64,000 bases of DNA, from the NCBI RefSeq assembly GCF_018977255.1, contig NW_024704742.1, positions 74,092,001 to 74,156,000 on the forward strand, read 5' to 3'. The translations under genes were made by a program, and so were the position numbers. Below are positions 27,803 to 39,879 of the stretch, one piece after another. Positions within the stretch are counted from its first letter, which is position 1, and every line of letters begins with the position of its first letter. The notes beneath the pieces were generated by a model. That model was not told the origin of the DNA and ran no database searches. It saw only the letters and a list, made by a program, of their open reading frames with translations. Origin of the DNA: Callorhinchus milii. Its lineage: Eukaryota.

Positions 27803-27919
27803 TCACCACTGCTGCCAGCTGAACTCGTCATTCGTGCCAAAAACCAGAATAAATCCCAGAATGGTTGCAAAGATTATGACATTTCCTGTTAGCACTAGTG
27901 CACATGCTCCCCATTGAAT
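27803..27919 (-). CDS. LEPROTL1: LEPROTL1 exon 4 (terminal coding)
   Basis: tttcag|[38 protein letters not shown]; exons sum to 16+76+187+117=396 nt = 131 aa + stop. Confidence 0.96.
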   Translation of the reverse strand: MQWGACALVLTGNVIIFATILGFILVFGTNDEFSWQQW

Positions 27920-28446
27920 CTGAAATAAATAATACTAGGTTAGAAAGAAATTCTTTGGCATAACTCACCTGTAATACCTCAATAACTTTGAACAAACTAT
28001 TCTGATCAATAAGAATAAGTTTCTACCAAACTTTCACATAAATCAAGAGTCAAATAGAATAGCTAGAAATCAACATCAATTAATTGGAAAAACACAATCA
28101 CTGAAAAAAAATTGGATCAGCAATTTTGAAACATTTTAATAAAATTGACAAAATGACTGAGTACTGGTTCCTTAAGTATGGAGGTACTGAGCCTAATTTA
28201 GTTTGCTTCGAGTAGAGTGATTTGGTGCTCTCTATTTCAATGTCAGATGTAGATTTTCCATGCATAAGGACCAAGAATGCATTTGCCCCCTTTGACTATA
28301 ATCTGATAACTAGCAGAGTCTGTCCAAATGCTAACAGACTAATGCTGACTTATAAGCAATCTTCCCGGGTTATTACTGTACTTGGGAACATGCCTAGATT
28401 ACATATGGTTTCCAGAAGCACCCACTGTGTAATAGAGTCTGAGAAC

Positions 28447-28822
28447 AGTGGTTGTCCTGCAGCTCAGTGGTTAGAGCATTCGCCTCGCAAGCGAAAGACC
28501 TGGGTTCGATTCTCGGCAGGGCGAAATGTAGGACAAGTTTCCTTACTCCACACGCCTGTTTAACTAGCAGTAAGTAGGAACCCGATTGTTAGTTGATTGG
28601 CAGATCGCTTTTCCGGGGATAATAATTTCTTCAAAAAATAATAATAAATTGGTCACTTCAATCCACGACTGTTTGTGGGACACTGCTGTGTGCAATTTCA
28701 CTGCCGCGTTTCGCCCATAAAAATATACAGTCAATTCACTTTACAGTATATTCTGTGAAGTGCTTTGAGACATCTCGAAGACATGATAAAGCGCTATATC
28801 AAATGCATGTATTATTATTATT
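28447..28822 (+). mobile_element. tRNA-headed SINE, long subfamily
   Basis: AGCTCAGTGGTTAGAGC..CTCGCAA..GGTTCGATTC head plus central GCAGTAAGTAGGAACCC segment. Confidence 0.85.
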
Positions 28823-29451
28823 TAACAGATACGTTATCATGCTAGCAAGTTAAACTGGAGCACTCTAACAAAGTAACTTTACAAGAAGAAACGGGTGTTG
28901 CCAGCAGCCCAGAAATGCTCAATTAGCATTTTGCTGAAACTTGTTACTCCTTACTGCACAGACATTCAAGAATTGGTCTGATGGCAAAGTTTTAATAAAT
29001 GCTACGAAACTCAATTAGACAAAAATAACATGTAATGGCTCTGATTGGGTTTTAGTATTACAGGCTGAAAACTCTGGTTCATAGGATTTGCTGGATGACA
29101 CATTTGTAGCTTCCCTAAACAGAACTGAGGGGAAACATTTTTTTTCCCTTTTATAGAAATGGTTCTAAGTACGTGATAAGGTGTATTCCACTTTTGGAAA
29201 CAATGACATACCCAGAATATTTCCTGCTCTCTGGTCCAAAGGAAACCTTTGTTGCCCTTAATTTCTCTTTAAATAATATGTACAGACTAGTTCCCACCAG
29301 CTACTGCTGACTAAGAAGGATTTGTGTCCTTAAAACCACCACATTATAACTGAAAAGAAAGAGTCCAGGATCCTTTTTCTGCCAAAAACATTGGGCTGAA
29401 TGTAAAATAAGCTGCTCAACTGCTGAAATTGTTTACTTGAGAAGATCGAAC

Positions 29452-29930
29452 AACAACAACAAAATTACAGTTGTATAGTACCTTGCACGCCGGGAAGACG
29501 TCCCAAGGCACTGGACAGAGTTTCAGACCTGAGCTGGGGGTCGGGGTCGGGGAGGGTGTGGGGAGAAGCAGGGAGATTGAAAGCACGTTCGAGGAGGATG
29601 GTCTTGAGATGGGTCTTGAAGGAGGCAAGGGAAGGGGCGAGGCAAAGGGACTGCGGGATGGAGATCCAGAGGGTGGGGGCAGAGTGGGAGCGACACGGCG
29701 GGAATATGAAACAGGCCGGAGCCCACTGCGCGAAGGGAGCAAGCAGGATGATAGGGGGTTAGGAGGTCGCAGAGGTAGGGGGGGAGTAAGACCATGGAGG
29801 GCTTTGAAGGTAAGGACCAGGATCTTAAACTTTATCCTCTGTGTGATGGGAAGCCAGTGGAGTCGGGCAAGGATGGGGGTGATAGGGTCACGGAGCCTGG
29901 TGTGGGAGAGGACACAGGCTGTAGAGTTCT
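29452..29930 (-). mobile_element. L2 3' fragment
   Basis: [16 protein letters not shown]; (GTT)n tail. Confidence 0.85.
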
Positions 29931-30136
29931 TGGTGAATCCAAGCTCAGTGAAGAGAATATGCTCTTCAGTATTCTGCTTGTATTTATTTTTTTTGGTCAG
30001 CTGGATGTCTGATAAATGTGGAAGTCCATCACCATGCTTAATCCAGCCAGTGATCCACATATGTGTGTCACCCACACAAGCATCTGGAATGGAATCCAAC
30101 TCTCACTCTGGAGGGATGCATTCTATTTACCTAATC

Positions 30137-31030
30137 CTGGACGAGGGCCAACTCTCTCCAACTCAACGTCAGCACGACTGAGGCCCTCCTGATTGGCTCA
30201 CGCCAGCACCTCCGCACCTCAGGCGCTGGCAGCATCAGCCCACGGCTGCACACTCACCTCACTAAACCAGTCAGGAACCTGGGTGTCTTGTTTGACCCTG
30301 AACTGTCCTTTCTCCCCCACATCTGCGCCATGAACGGCACTACCTACCACCACCTCCGCAACATTGTCAGTCTCCGCCACTGCCTCACCCCTCAGGCTGC
30401 CGAAACCCTCACCCACACATTCATCCCATCAAAGCTCGATTACGGGAACTCCCTCCTCATCGGCCTTCCCAACTCTTCCCTTCAAAAGCTGCAGATCACC
30501 CAAAACTCTGCAGCTCGTGTACTCTCACGCACCAGGCTCCGCGACCCCATCACTCCCACCCTCGCCTGACTCCACTGGTTCCCATCCCATGGAGGATCGA
30601 GTTCAAGATCATTGCCCTCACTTTTAAGGCCATCCATGGCCTTGCCCCCTCCTACCTCTCTGACCAGCTGACTCCCTACCAACCTGCCCACTCCCTTCGT
30701 TCATTGGGCTCCGGCCTGTTTCATGTCTCCCGCTCGACCTGCCCTACCATCGGTGTCGGGCTTTCAGCCTCTCTGCCCCCGCACTCTGGAACTCCATCCC
30801 ACAGTCCCTTCGCCTCGCTTCCTCCCTTGCCTCCTTCAAGGCCAGTCTCAAGATCCTTCTCTTCGATCGTGCCTTTGGTCGTCCTCCCACCTCTCCGCCT
30901 TCCCTCACCCCTACATCGCCCCTTCCCCATGCTCGGGCACCGACACCTGGCTGTTCAGCGCTTTGGGACGTCCTCCCGATGTGAAAGGTATTCTATAAAT
31001 GTAATTTTGTTGTTTGTTGGTGTTGTTGTA
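30137..31030 (+). mobile_element. L2 3' fragment nested in an unclassified repeat
   Basis: [15 protein letters not shown]; tail; flanks continue the 6020-6630 family. Confidence 0.88.
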
Positions 31031-31943
31031 TTAGATGCAGGTTGACAAATTTCAAGGCTTCAGGACCCCAGAGTGTACGTTGTAGTACGGCTGGAGTTTA
31101 ACCAGCTAAAACACATATCTACTCATTGAGAGCACTATCTGACAAGCTTCCTGTTGTTTATCAAACTAGGACCACCCTACCGGTTAGCACTCTGGCCTGC
31201 AAAATAGGGTCTGTCACTACTATTATCCTGCCAATGAGTCAGGCTGGCTGGTCTGTCATCAGCAGAGTCCTGGAATACTGCTGACCCAGCAGGCTCAGGA
31301 ACTGGGCCACTGCAGATGATTGATTGATTCAATTCCAGCAATTCACTGCTTAGCACATCACCTTGAAAACAGATAACCTCCAAAGAAACCCCAATTTATC
31401 CCCTCAATCCCCCCTTCCAGGAGAATTCTCAATGTGTAGAAACATTTTCTTTGCTGTCTAATTCCAATCTTTTGCAAATAAAATTAAGAGTTAACACTGA
31501 TTCATGTTGCAATACCCGCCATTTTGAAAAAGACTCCTTTAGTGTATGACAAGCAGATGCAGGACAATTGATAAATCACATTGTTCTTCAAGGACAGAGA
31601 AAAATAAGTAAACACAGTAAGATCGCAATGGACAGAATAAGATCATAAGAGTTCATTTATGGGGCTGCTGACTATCAAACAAAGTGTATACAAAATTTAT
31701 ATAGATAAAAGGGTTTACAAAATGTTGCAGTGCAAAACTGAACATAAATTTAAAGATAAAAGAACGCATCATTCAACTAGAAGAAATTGGTTGACTATTT
31801 CAGAAATATTTTAAAATTAAACCTATTCTCACATTAACTATGAAAACATGTTTTTNGTTGGTAAAGACATTATTAAGATTACTTTTATCATTAATCATTA
31901 AACTTTTGATCCATTCATGCAGTGTCAGGATTATCATACTCAC

Positions 31944-32130
31944 CACTGTTGCTCTGGCAAATATTAGAGGTAGCGCAAAAGCAGAAACAACAATGCCTGT
32001 CGTAAGAAATATGGCAAGTTCTTTACACGCACTGCTTGCTGCATCAGTATCATCCACTGTTCTGCTTGATATGCAGTATGGGATTGGAGAGAGAATGTAA
32101 AAGAAAAGGACAAACAATGGCCAGTATTTG
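31944..32130 (-). CDS. LEPROTL1: LEPROTL1 exon 3 (187 bp)
   Basis: ttacag|[68 protein letters not shown]. Confidence 0.96.
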
Positions 32131-32893
32131 CTGTAAGAGAAAAGGGTAGAAAGAAAATAGCATGTCTGAAAAATGAAATTAACACCTTCCCCATACTTTC
32201 GCCTCTTCAGCAGCTGCTTGACTCCTTTTTGAGGTACAGTGGGCCAGATATACAAGTGATAGTCATTGATGCACAAGCCTTGACAAGCTGCAACCGAGCC
32301 TAGCTTGATCTGGTCCTAACATAATATCCACATAAAACTTCATCCAGTGAGAATCACTGGACAATGATCATGAGCTGACCTGGCTTGCTTTCTCCTCCTC
32401 AACTTAAAAGGAGCTGTGATTTTCTTTTGTCTTTTGTCAGCCGGGTGTCTGACCCAATGCTTAAAACTATCCAAACCAAGCTGAAAATTCCATGCATCCC
32501 ACCTACACATGGAAATCCAAGAGAGAGATGGTTGAATGGAATGCGCACTCTCTCCTTGGCAGGACACATACTGCTTACCTAATTCCAGAAAGTATTAGGC
32601 AATTTGTAGGGAAATAAAAGGAAATATGTTCATAGAAACTTCTATGGACTGAACAGGCTTCCAGGAAGTGGTATGAACGGATTAGTTGAGGAGTCAACAT
32701 GATATCACAACTCTTTGAAAGACCAACTGGTAACTATCCTCGGGGGGGGTGGGGGGGGGGAAGTAAGTGAGGTCTCCTTGGAGCTGAACTGGCTCTAAGG
32801 TGACCTGTTTGGCAACGGAATGTCGGAATCTAGTCAGCCCCCTGTGATGCTCCCAGTCTGGTTCCTGAAACAGGTGGCTCCGCGGTATTCATG

Positions 32894-33765
32894 GGAGTCC
32901 TGGAGCTCAGTGGTTAGAGCACTCGCTTTGCAAGCGAGACACCTGGGTTCAATTCCAGGCAGTGCTAAACCTAGAGCAAGTTTCCTTACTCCACATGGCT
33001 GATAATAATCCCTCCAAAACAAAACAATAATAAATTGGTCATTTTCAATCCACGATTGTTTGTGGGACACTGCTGTGCTCAATTGACTGCTGCGTTTCGC
33101 CCACAAATATATGTCTACATCCGCAGACATGGCGTCAACTTCCACATGTATGCGGATTACACCCAACTCTACCTCTCTGCCTCCACCCTTGATTCCGGTA
33201 CCACTGCTGTGCTGACAGAAGGTCTCAGACATCAAGTCCTGGATGAGAGCTAACTTTCTACAGTTGAACGTCAACAAGAACGTCAATAAAGAGGCTCTGC
33301 TGATTGGCTCCCGTCAGCGCCTCCTCACCTCAGGCGCTGACAGCGTCACCATCCATGGTTGCACACTCCACCTTGCTAAGCCAGTCTGGAACCTTGGAGT
33401 CTTGTTCGACCCTCAACTATCCTTTCTACCCTACATTCGCTCCATGATCCGCTCTGCCTTCCCCCACCTCCGCAACTTCACCTGGCTCCAGCACTGTCTC
33501 ACACTGCAGGCTGCCGAAAACAAATCATTCACTTATGAACCCCAGTCTCATAAATTTACTCGAATTTCTTAATTTCCAGTTAACTCTTTGACCGTGCCTT
33601 CAGCTCCCCTCTCGACTCTCTACCCCCTCCTCGCTCACTCCCTTCCCTCCCCTCACCCTGACCATTTCCCCACTGCTCGGGTCCTGACCCAACTGTACAG
33701 CGCCTTGGGACGTCCTCCCGACGTGAAAGGCGCTCAATAAATGGAATCTTGTTGTTGTTGTTGTT
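32894..33765 (+). mobile_element. SINE head/body followed by two L2 fragments
   Basis: tRNA head at 32894; HMYADY from about 33115; young L2 tail 33585-33765. Confidence 0.82.
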
Positions 33766-33856
33766 AAGAATAAATTTGGAATGTAGTTATATTACTGAAA
33801 TATTTCACTCCTAGTATTTTTATCTTTAGTTATGGAAAACAACAATAACAGTGTAA

Positions 33857-34020
33857 ACAAAACCCAAAATACTGCAGATGCTGGAAATCTAAAACAAAAA
33901 CAGAAGTCGCTGGGAACGTCAGAACTTACGAAGTGTCTGACGAAGGGTCGTTGACCCACTTTCCTTTCTCCATAGATGCTGCCTGACCTGCTGAGTGTTC
34001 CCAGCGATTTCTTTTTTTGA
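33857..34020. mobile_element. Penelope-like non-autonomous inverted-repeat element
   Basis: ACTGCAGATGCTGGAAATCT...GCTGGGAAC arm and CTGACGAAGGGTC...GTTCCCAGC inverted arm. Confidence 0.65.
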
Positions 34021-34163
34021 ATAACTTAAAAGTAACTGTTAACAATACCACTATCATTAAAGTGAAAGCCAGTCAGTGATTAAAAGCCTAGTAAGTTTTT
34101 CTTTAATATAGAAAACTGGTAAACCTATGTTGAGTTGAATAAAAGTTATTCTTTTTAACTTAC

Positions 34164-34239
34164 TTATACTCTGGAAGGGCACATCCAAGCGTAAGAAACA
34201 TCAATCCAATGGCTCCGCCAAAGGAGAGACTGATCAGAG
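34164..34239 (-). CDS. LEPROTL1: LEPROTL1 exon 2 (76 bp)
   Basis: tttcag|(A)LISLSFGGAIGLMFLTLGCALPEY(N)|GTAAGT. Confidence 0.95.
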
Positions 34240-34814
34240 CTGAAACAGGTAAAAAAACACAAAAGATTACTTAACCTGTGACCTCTAAGCGTGCTAACTT
34301 ATACATGCATCATTTCCCTTGAATCACTGAATGTTCTTTTTTTACAAAACAGGATAATTATGCAACAATCATAACTCCTTTAGTGAGGCTCTCACAGAAT
34401 TACATAGACAATTACAGGACAATGGGAAAACAAAATAAAACCACCCTAAGAAATTTATAGGACATATAATCTCTGATCAATACATTTATCACAGACTTCA
34501 TATGGAACCAGTAAAACATTGCTTAGTTCTTTGTGGTTCAGAATGTGATTTGAACCTTGTGATTTTATTACTACCTTGAAATCACTCCAAAATTCTCTAC
34601 ATAAAGCAGCTAACGAGAAACAGAACAATATCAGACGAATTGTGTAGTACGGTTTAAGGGAGTGTAAAATTGATCAAGAATTGGGGGATCAAATCATCTT
34701 AAAGTGATAATACTATTAGTGATTTGGATCTTTTTCCAGCTATATACAGAACTGCAGTTCACTGCACAAATAGGATATATACTTTGACAAACAAACTACC
34801 TATCTACTAGGGGC

Positions 34815-35083
34815 CTCTCAGCCCCTAGGCTCTGGAACTCCATCCCCCAGTGCCTTCGCCGCCTCCTCCCTTTCCTCCTTCAAGGCCAGTCTCAAGACCT
34901 TTCTCTTTGACCGAGCCTTCACCTCCCCTTTCGACTCTCTACCCCCTCCTCGCTCCCTCCCTTCCCTCCCCTCACCCTGACCATTTCCCCCCTGCTCGGG
35001 TCCTGACCTAACTGTACAGCGCCTTGGGACGTCCTCCCGACGTGAAAGGCGCTCAATAAATGGAATCTTGTTGTTGTTGTTGT
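34815..35083 (+). mobile_element. Young L2 3' end
   Basis: Near-identical to the tails of the 18340-19045 and 55345-56190 copies. Confidence 0.88.
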
Positions 35084-37097
35084 TCAATATAATATACATT
35101 GTTAAGCCGGTTAAGTCAGACACATTGGGGCCAGACGGTTTGTGCCTTTTAAGAGGCATCCGAAGCTAACCAAAGTTTCTTTACCTCTTCCCGCTCACCA
35201 AAGGCGCAGTGGTGGCGCACGCTTCCTCCGATTGCTATTCCCATTGGACGGGAAGGAGACCAATTAGCGTTGACAGCCTGGAACCGCTTGTGAATGGATG
35301 GGCTCCACCTATTCACAAGCGGCTCAGCTGTCAATTAATCCTCCCATTCCCTCTCTTGTTTCTTCCCCGTTCCTCCTCACTGATTGACAACCCAAAGATG
35401 TTTGTGAATGTCTGGAGTCCGCTGTTAATCAATTGTGGATTGCTTTCCTGGGGTAATAATCTCTCAATCCACAACTGATTATGGGACACTGCTGTGCGCA
35501 ACTGGGTGCCGCATTTCACCCACAAAATACACCCTCAATTTATTTTACAATATATTCTGAGACATCGCAATGACGTAGTAAGGTGCTACATCAAATGCAA
35601 GTATTATTATTATTATAATTTATTGGTTCTTGACTGATCTTTTAATCCAAACAAAATCTCCAATAATGTAGTTCTTTGTTCCACATTTCAAAGTACAATG
35701 CTGAAAATTTAAATGTTAAGTGTTTTTAAGACTCAAGGATGACGTCAACATCCTTTTTGTTTGTTCTTAAACCTAATCACAAATTTTGTTTTGTGCTTGT
35801 TTTAATAAAAAAGTAAAGTAAATCTATACTAACAGCATTATTCCAGACATTCAGGGTTAAAACATTTGGCACTGGGAAGTTGTTTAGATTGATTTCTTCG
35901 AACAGAATGTACAAAATCAGAAAAGATAATTACAGTAAAATAATAAAACAGAGTTTAAAAATTACCAATGCTATCCCTCTCATGGCTCTCAAATCAATTA
36001 ATTGCTAAATAATAATAATCCTTGCATTTGATATAGAGTATTTTATGCAGGGAGGAAGTCAAAAAGTGCTTCACAGGATACTGTAAAGTGCAGTTATTGT
36101 AAAGGTACTATGTCAAATGCAAGGATTATTATATATTGTTAATTTATAGGCAAGCACGGCAGCAACAACTTGCATGCACATAGCCCCATTCATGTGGAGT
36201 AGCATCTCGGGAGTGCAAATTGGCAGCCAATTTGCCTAAACATTGTCCCAGAAACAGCCATGAAGTGAATGTTCTTTTTTTGGGGCGGAGGGGATTGCTG
36301 GCCAGAATACCAGGAGAAACTCCCTTCTCTTTTGAAATAATACTATGGGATCTTTATGAGCACCTGAACAAGCAGACAAGACTTCAGTTTAACATCTGAT
36401 CTGAAAGATAGCACTTCCAAAAATGCAGGTCAGCCGAGACTATATGAGTTCAAAGTCCTGACGTTGAACCCACAATCTTCTGAATCAGAGGCAACCAAGA
36501 GGCTGACCAACTGCGCTCGGCACAGAAGTTATCCAATTCTCTCTAGAATATACAAACACAAAGCGTCTTAACTGTCACATTTTGATTAACAGTGAGGTGC
36601 AAAACAAAGTTCTGGTTAATCAAAGATCCAAGTATCCAGATACCCACCTTCTAAATAATGACAGATTGTATTCAAATATTCAAATTGTATTTCGGCCACA
36701 AAATATACAAACAATTCACTTTACAGTATATTCTGTGACGTGCTTTGCGATGTGATAAGGCGCTGCATCAAATCAAGGATTATTGTTGTTATTATTATTA
36801 AACACTGGACCTGACTTGCATCGTCTTACACTATGTTAACCTGATGAAGAAAGCATTTCTGACAGACAATCTCCAGAGAAGGTCGAGGGGCTGAAAACCA
36901 CCGACATTTATACATTATATAATGTATAGTTATATATCCTCTCACAAAGGCTAAAGGCGGCCTGAGTGTCCCCAGTGTCCCCGGGTAATCCCGGGCCACT
37001 GCCTGCCCGCCTGCTCCTGACAGCCCTCCCGGGTTATTCCCGGGTTCCTCCCGGTGTGTCGGGGTGTCCCCGGGTTACTCCCGGTGCTGTGGCTCAC

Positions 37098-37113
37098 CTT
37101 TAATCCCCGCCAT
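37098..37113 (-). CDS. LEPROTL1: LEPROTL1 (Vps55 family) coding exon 1
   Basis: ATG GCG GGG ATT AAA G|GTGAG = MAGIK, the known N-terminus; CpG-rich context. Confidence 0.9.
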
Positions 37114-37250
37114 GATGACCGCGGCGCCACCCGACACACTTCCGGTCCCGGACCTGCGCAGTTTCCGTCAGCGCGCACATGCGCACTGGTGTGCAGCGGC
37201 TGCTCCGCGGTGTCAGGTGTGATGTGGAGCGGCGGCGGTGACTGGGCCTC
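37114..37250 (-). promoter_or_regulatory. LEPROTL1 CpG-rich promoter/5'UTR
   Basis: ETS ACTTCCGG near 37138 and NRF1-like GCACATGCGCA near 37175, just upstream of the ATG. Confidence 0.65.
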
Positions 37251-37309
37251 TCTGTGCAGATTGCTGCTGCATCGCACCCTCTCCAGACACAGCGCCCCCT
37301 TAACCAACC

Positions 37310-37780
37310 ACCACCACCAGCCTGCATTTAAATAGCACCCCTCACGCAGGATAGCGTCCCAGAGCGCTTGACAGTGGCTGAGCACGAGCTGGGGCAGCGG
37401 GAGGCGACCATAGCCACGGTATAATAGCAACACCTCAGCCGTGAACTGAAGATGCAGAAGGAGGGTACAAGACGGATGGACAGAAGCAGATTGTTCCTGG
37501 GTTTCAGGGGCTACAGTGACGTGCAGCGCAGAAGGCTGGAGAGCCAGTCGGGCGGAGGCGGCGGGTTGTGGGTTGGCGGGGGAGAGCGGGTTAGCAGGTC
37601 ACAGAAGTAGGGAGGCGCCAGGGCACGAAGGGATTTGAAAACGATTGTGAGGATCTTGAAATCGATCCATTCGGCGACAGGGAGCCTTTGAAACCTGGCT
37701 GGAGCTGGTGTGATGTGGGTGCGGAGTTTAGTGCAGGTGAACGTGCATGTGGCAGTTTTGGATCAGTTGGATTCTGCGCA
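37310..37780 (-). mobile_element. Old L2 3' fragment adjoining the LEPROTL1 promoter
   Basis: Degenerate IDFKILT-like segment and GCTATTTAAATGCA tail. Confidence 0.6.
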
Positions 37781-38380
37781 TGGTAACTCCCAATAGCTTG
37801 TCAATGAGCCCTTTTAACCCCGGAGTGATGAGTGATCAGGTGTTTACTTCATATAGAGGGGTCACTGTTAATATCAGATTATATAAAGGTGTCATGTTGC
37901 TTGATGGGATCTCTCCCTGTTAGTCCGGCTAGCTGAGGTTTAACTGTATAAGGATTCTATTCTTATATCACACATTCCTGTATTTCAGTCTGATATTACT
38001 TCAATCTTATTTTGGTTCACATTATTTCTAACTTATCAGATTGACACACACCATTAGATTTAACAATTGCATTCATGCGTTCAGGTTCCTGCTTTGCCAT
38101 CTGAACTTTCCAATATAAGCATTTTAAAGTTTTAAAGTTTACAAAATTTCACAATCACATTGAAAAATCCTACAGTAGTACAATTGACTTTACAACTATG
38201 CACAAGAACAAGTTTGACTTTATGGGCTATGCAATGTACATAAACTGATTTCATATATCTGTTTTCATACATTCTTGAACTCTGAATACATGTCCTGACA
38301 TTACTGTGGCGGCTTTATAGGTTCTTCTAGAAAATAAACTATCAATGAAACACAAGAACCTCTCTTTAACTTCTAGATTG

Positions 38381-38665
38381 TGGAGGCCTGTAATTTAGTT
38401 AGCACATTCGTCTTGCAAGCAAGAGGACTCGGGTTCGATTCCTGGGCAGAGTGAAATCTTAGACAGGTTTCCTAACTCCACATGCTGCTGTTTACCTTGC
38501 AGTAAATCAGAACCTGGCTGTTAGTCAATTGGTAGGTAATTCTGGGGATAATAATTTCTTAAAAAAACATTTGTTCAATCAATCAACGACTGCGTGTGGG
38601 ACACTGCTGTGTGCAATTGGCGGCCGCGTTTCGCCCACAAAATATAGTTAATTGACTTTACAGTA
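38381..38665 (+). mobile_element. tRNA-headed SINE, long subfamily, 3'-truncated
   Basis: GGTTCGATTCC B box and family body. Confidence 0.8.
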
Positions 38666-38666
38666 T

Positions 38667-39272
38667 CAGAAGTTGCTGGGAACACTCAGCAGGTCAGACA
38701 GCATCTATGGAGAAAGGAAAGTGAGTCAACATTTCGGGTCCATGACCCTTCGTCAGAACTGGGGCATGTTGGGTGGAAGAGGCTTTTAAGGGCTAACAGA
38801 GAGGGGGAAGCAGGGCAAGGAAGACAAAGGAGAAAATGGGTTAGAAGACAGGAGATGATGGGTTACAGTGGTGTTAATGATGCAGAACAAAGTGGGGGAT
38901 TGCTACAAAGCAGGGGAATAGAGATGTTAATACTGCAGAAGAAAGATGGGGAGGGGAGAGGAAAAGAACTTACACCAAAACAGGGAGAGAAAAGTTATGT
39001 CTGGGACCAAGATGATGTGGTAATAGTCGTCACAAGAGAGGGGGAGGGGAAAGGTGAGCTGTTATGGTCTGAAATGGAACAGTCAGTCAGTCAGGCAGCA
39101 TCTATGGAGAAAGGAACTACCCCAACATGTCCCAGTTCTGACAAAGGGTCGTGGAACCGAAACATTGACTCACTTTCCTTTCTCCATAGATGCTGTCCAA
39201 CCTGCTGACTGTTCCCAGCGACTTCTGTTTTTGTTTTCAGATTTCCAGCATTTGCAGTATTTTGTGTTTTAT
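38667..39272. mobile_element. Penelope-like element with about 105-bp inverted arms and a purine-rich spacer
   Basis: 38667-38773 is the reverse complement of about 39120-39227. Confidence 0.7.
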
Positions 39273-39879
39273 GTCACCTTAAAGCCAGTTCTGTTTCCAA
39301 GGAGACCCTGCTTACTTACCTTGCCACCCTCCGAAAATAGTCACATAAGTAATGCTTACATTTGATATTGGACCTTATCACGTCTTCGAGGCTTCTCAAA
39401 GCACTTCACAGAATATATTGTAAAGTGAATTGACTGTTTATTTTGTGGGTGAAACAGCCAATTACGCACAGCAGTTAGTTATTTAGTCGCAAGTTAGTCA
39501 TTTGATGTTCGACAAGCAAGACCAAAAAAAACCACAAATACATCTCATTCTCTCCCTCTCCCACATTTTGTCTGACCATGACTTAGGGCCACCCTCCAAT
39601 CCCCCCTACCCTCCAATCCACCCTACCCTCCATCCTTCTTGATTCCAACCCCCAGTTTATGTGCAAACCCTTAACTGTCCATGCCTTAGGATATCCTTCT
39701 GATGTGACAGATGCTATGTAGATGTAATTTTTTTTCTCTCCGATGTACCCATCTCTCCCCCATATACTCTCTCTCTCTTCCATGTACCCATCTCTCTCAT
39801 GTACTGTGTGTGTCTCCCATGCCGTGTGTGTGTCAATCTCATGCACTGTGTGGGCCTCTCCAATGCACTGTGTTTGCCT

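Noticed and set aside
31856..31856. Ambiguous base N
   Set aside because: Intronic sequencing ambiguity with no effect on the gene models.
36836..36890. CTGATGA-AGAAA-GCA-TTTCT hammerhead-like start
   Set aside because: The second core reads GACA rather than GAAA, and no stem I pairing exists.
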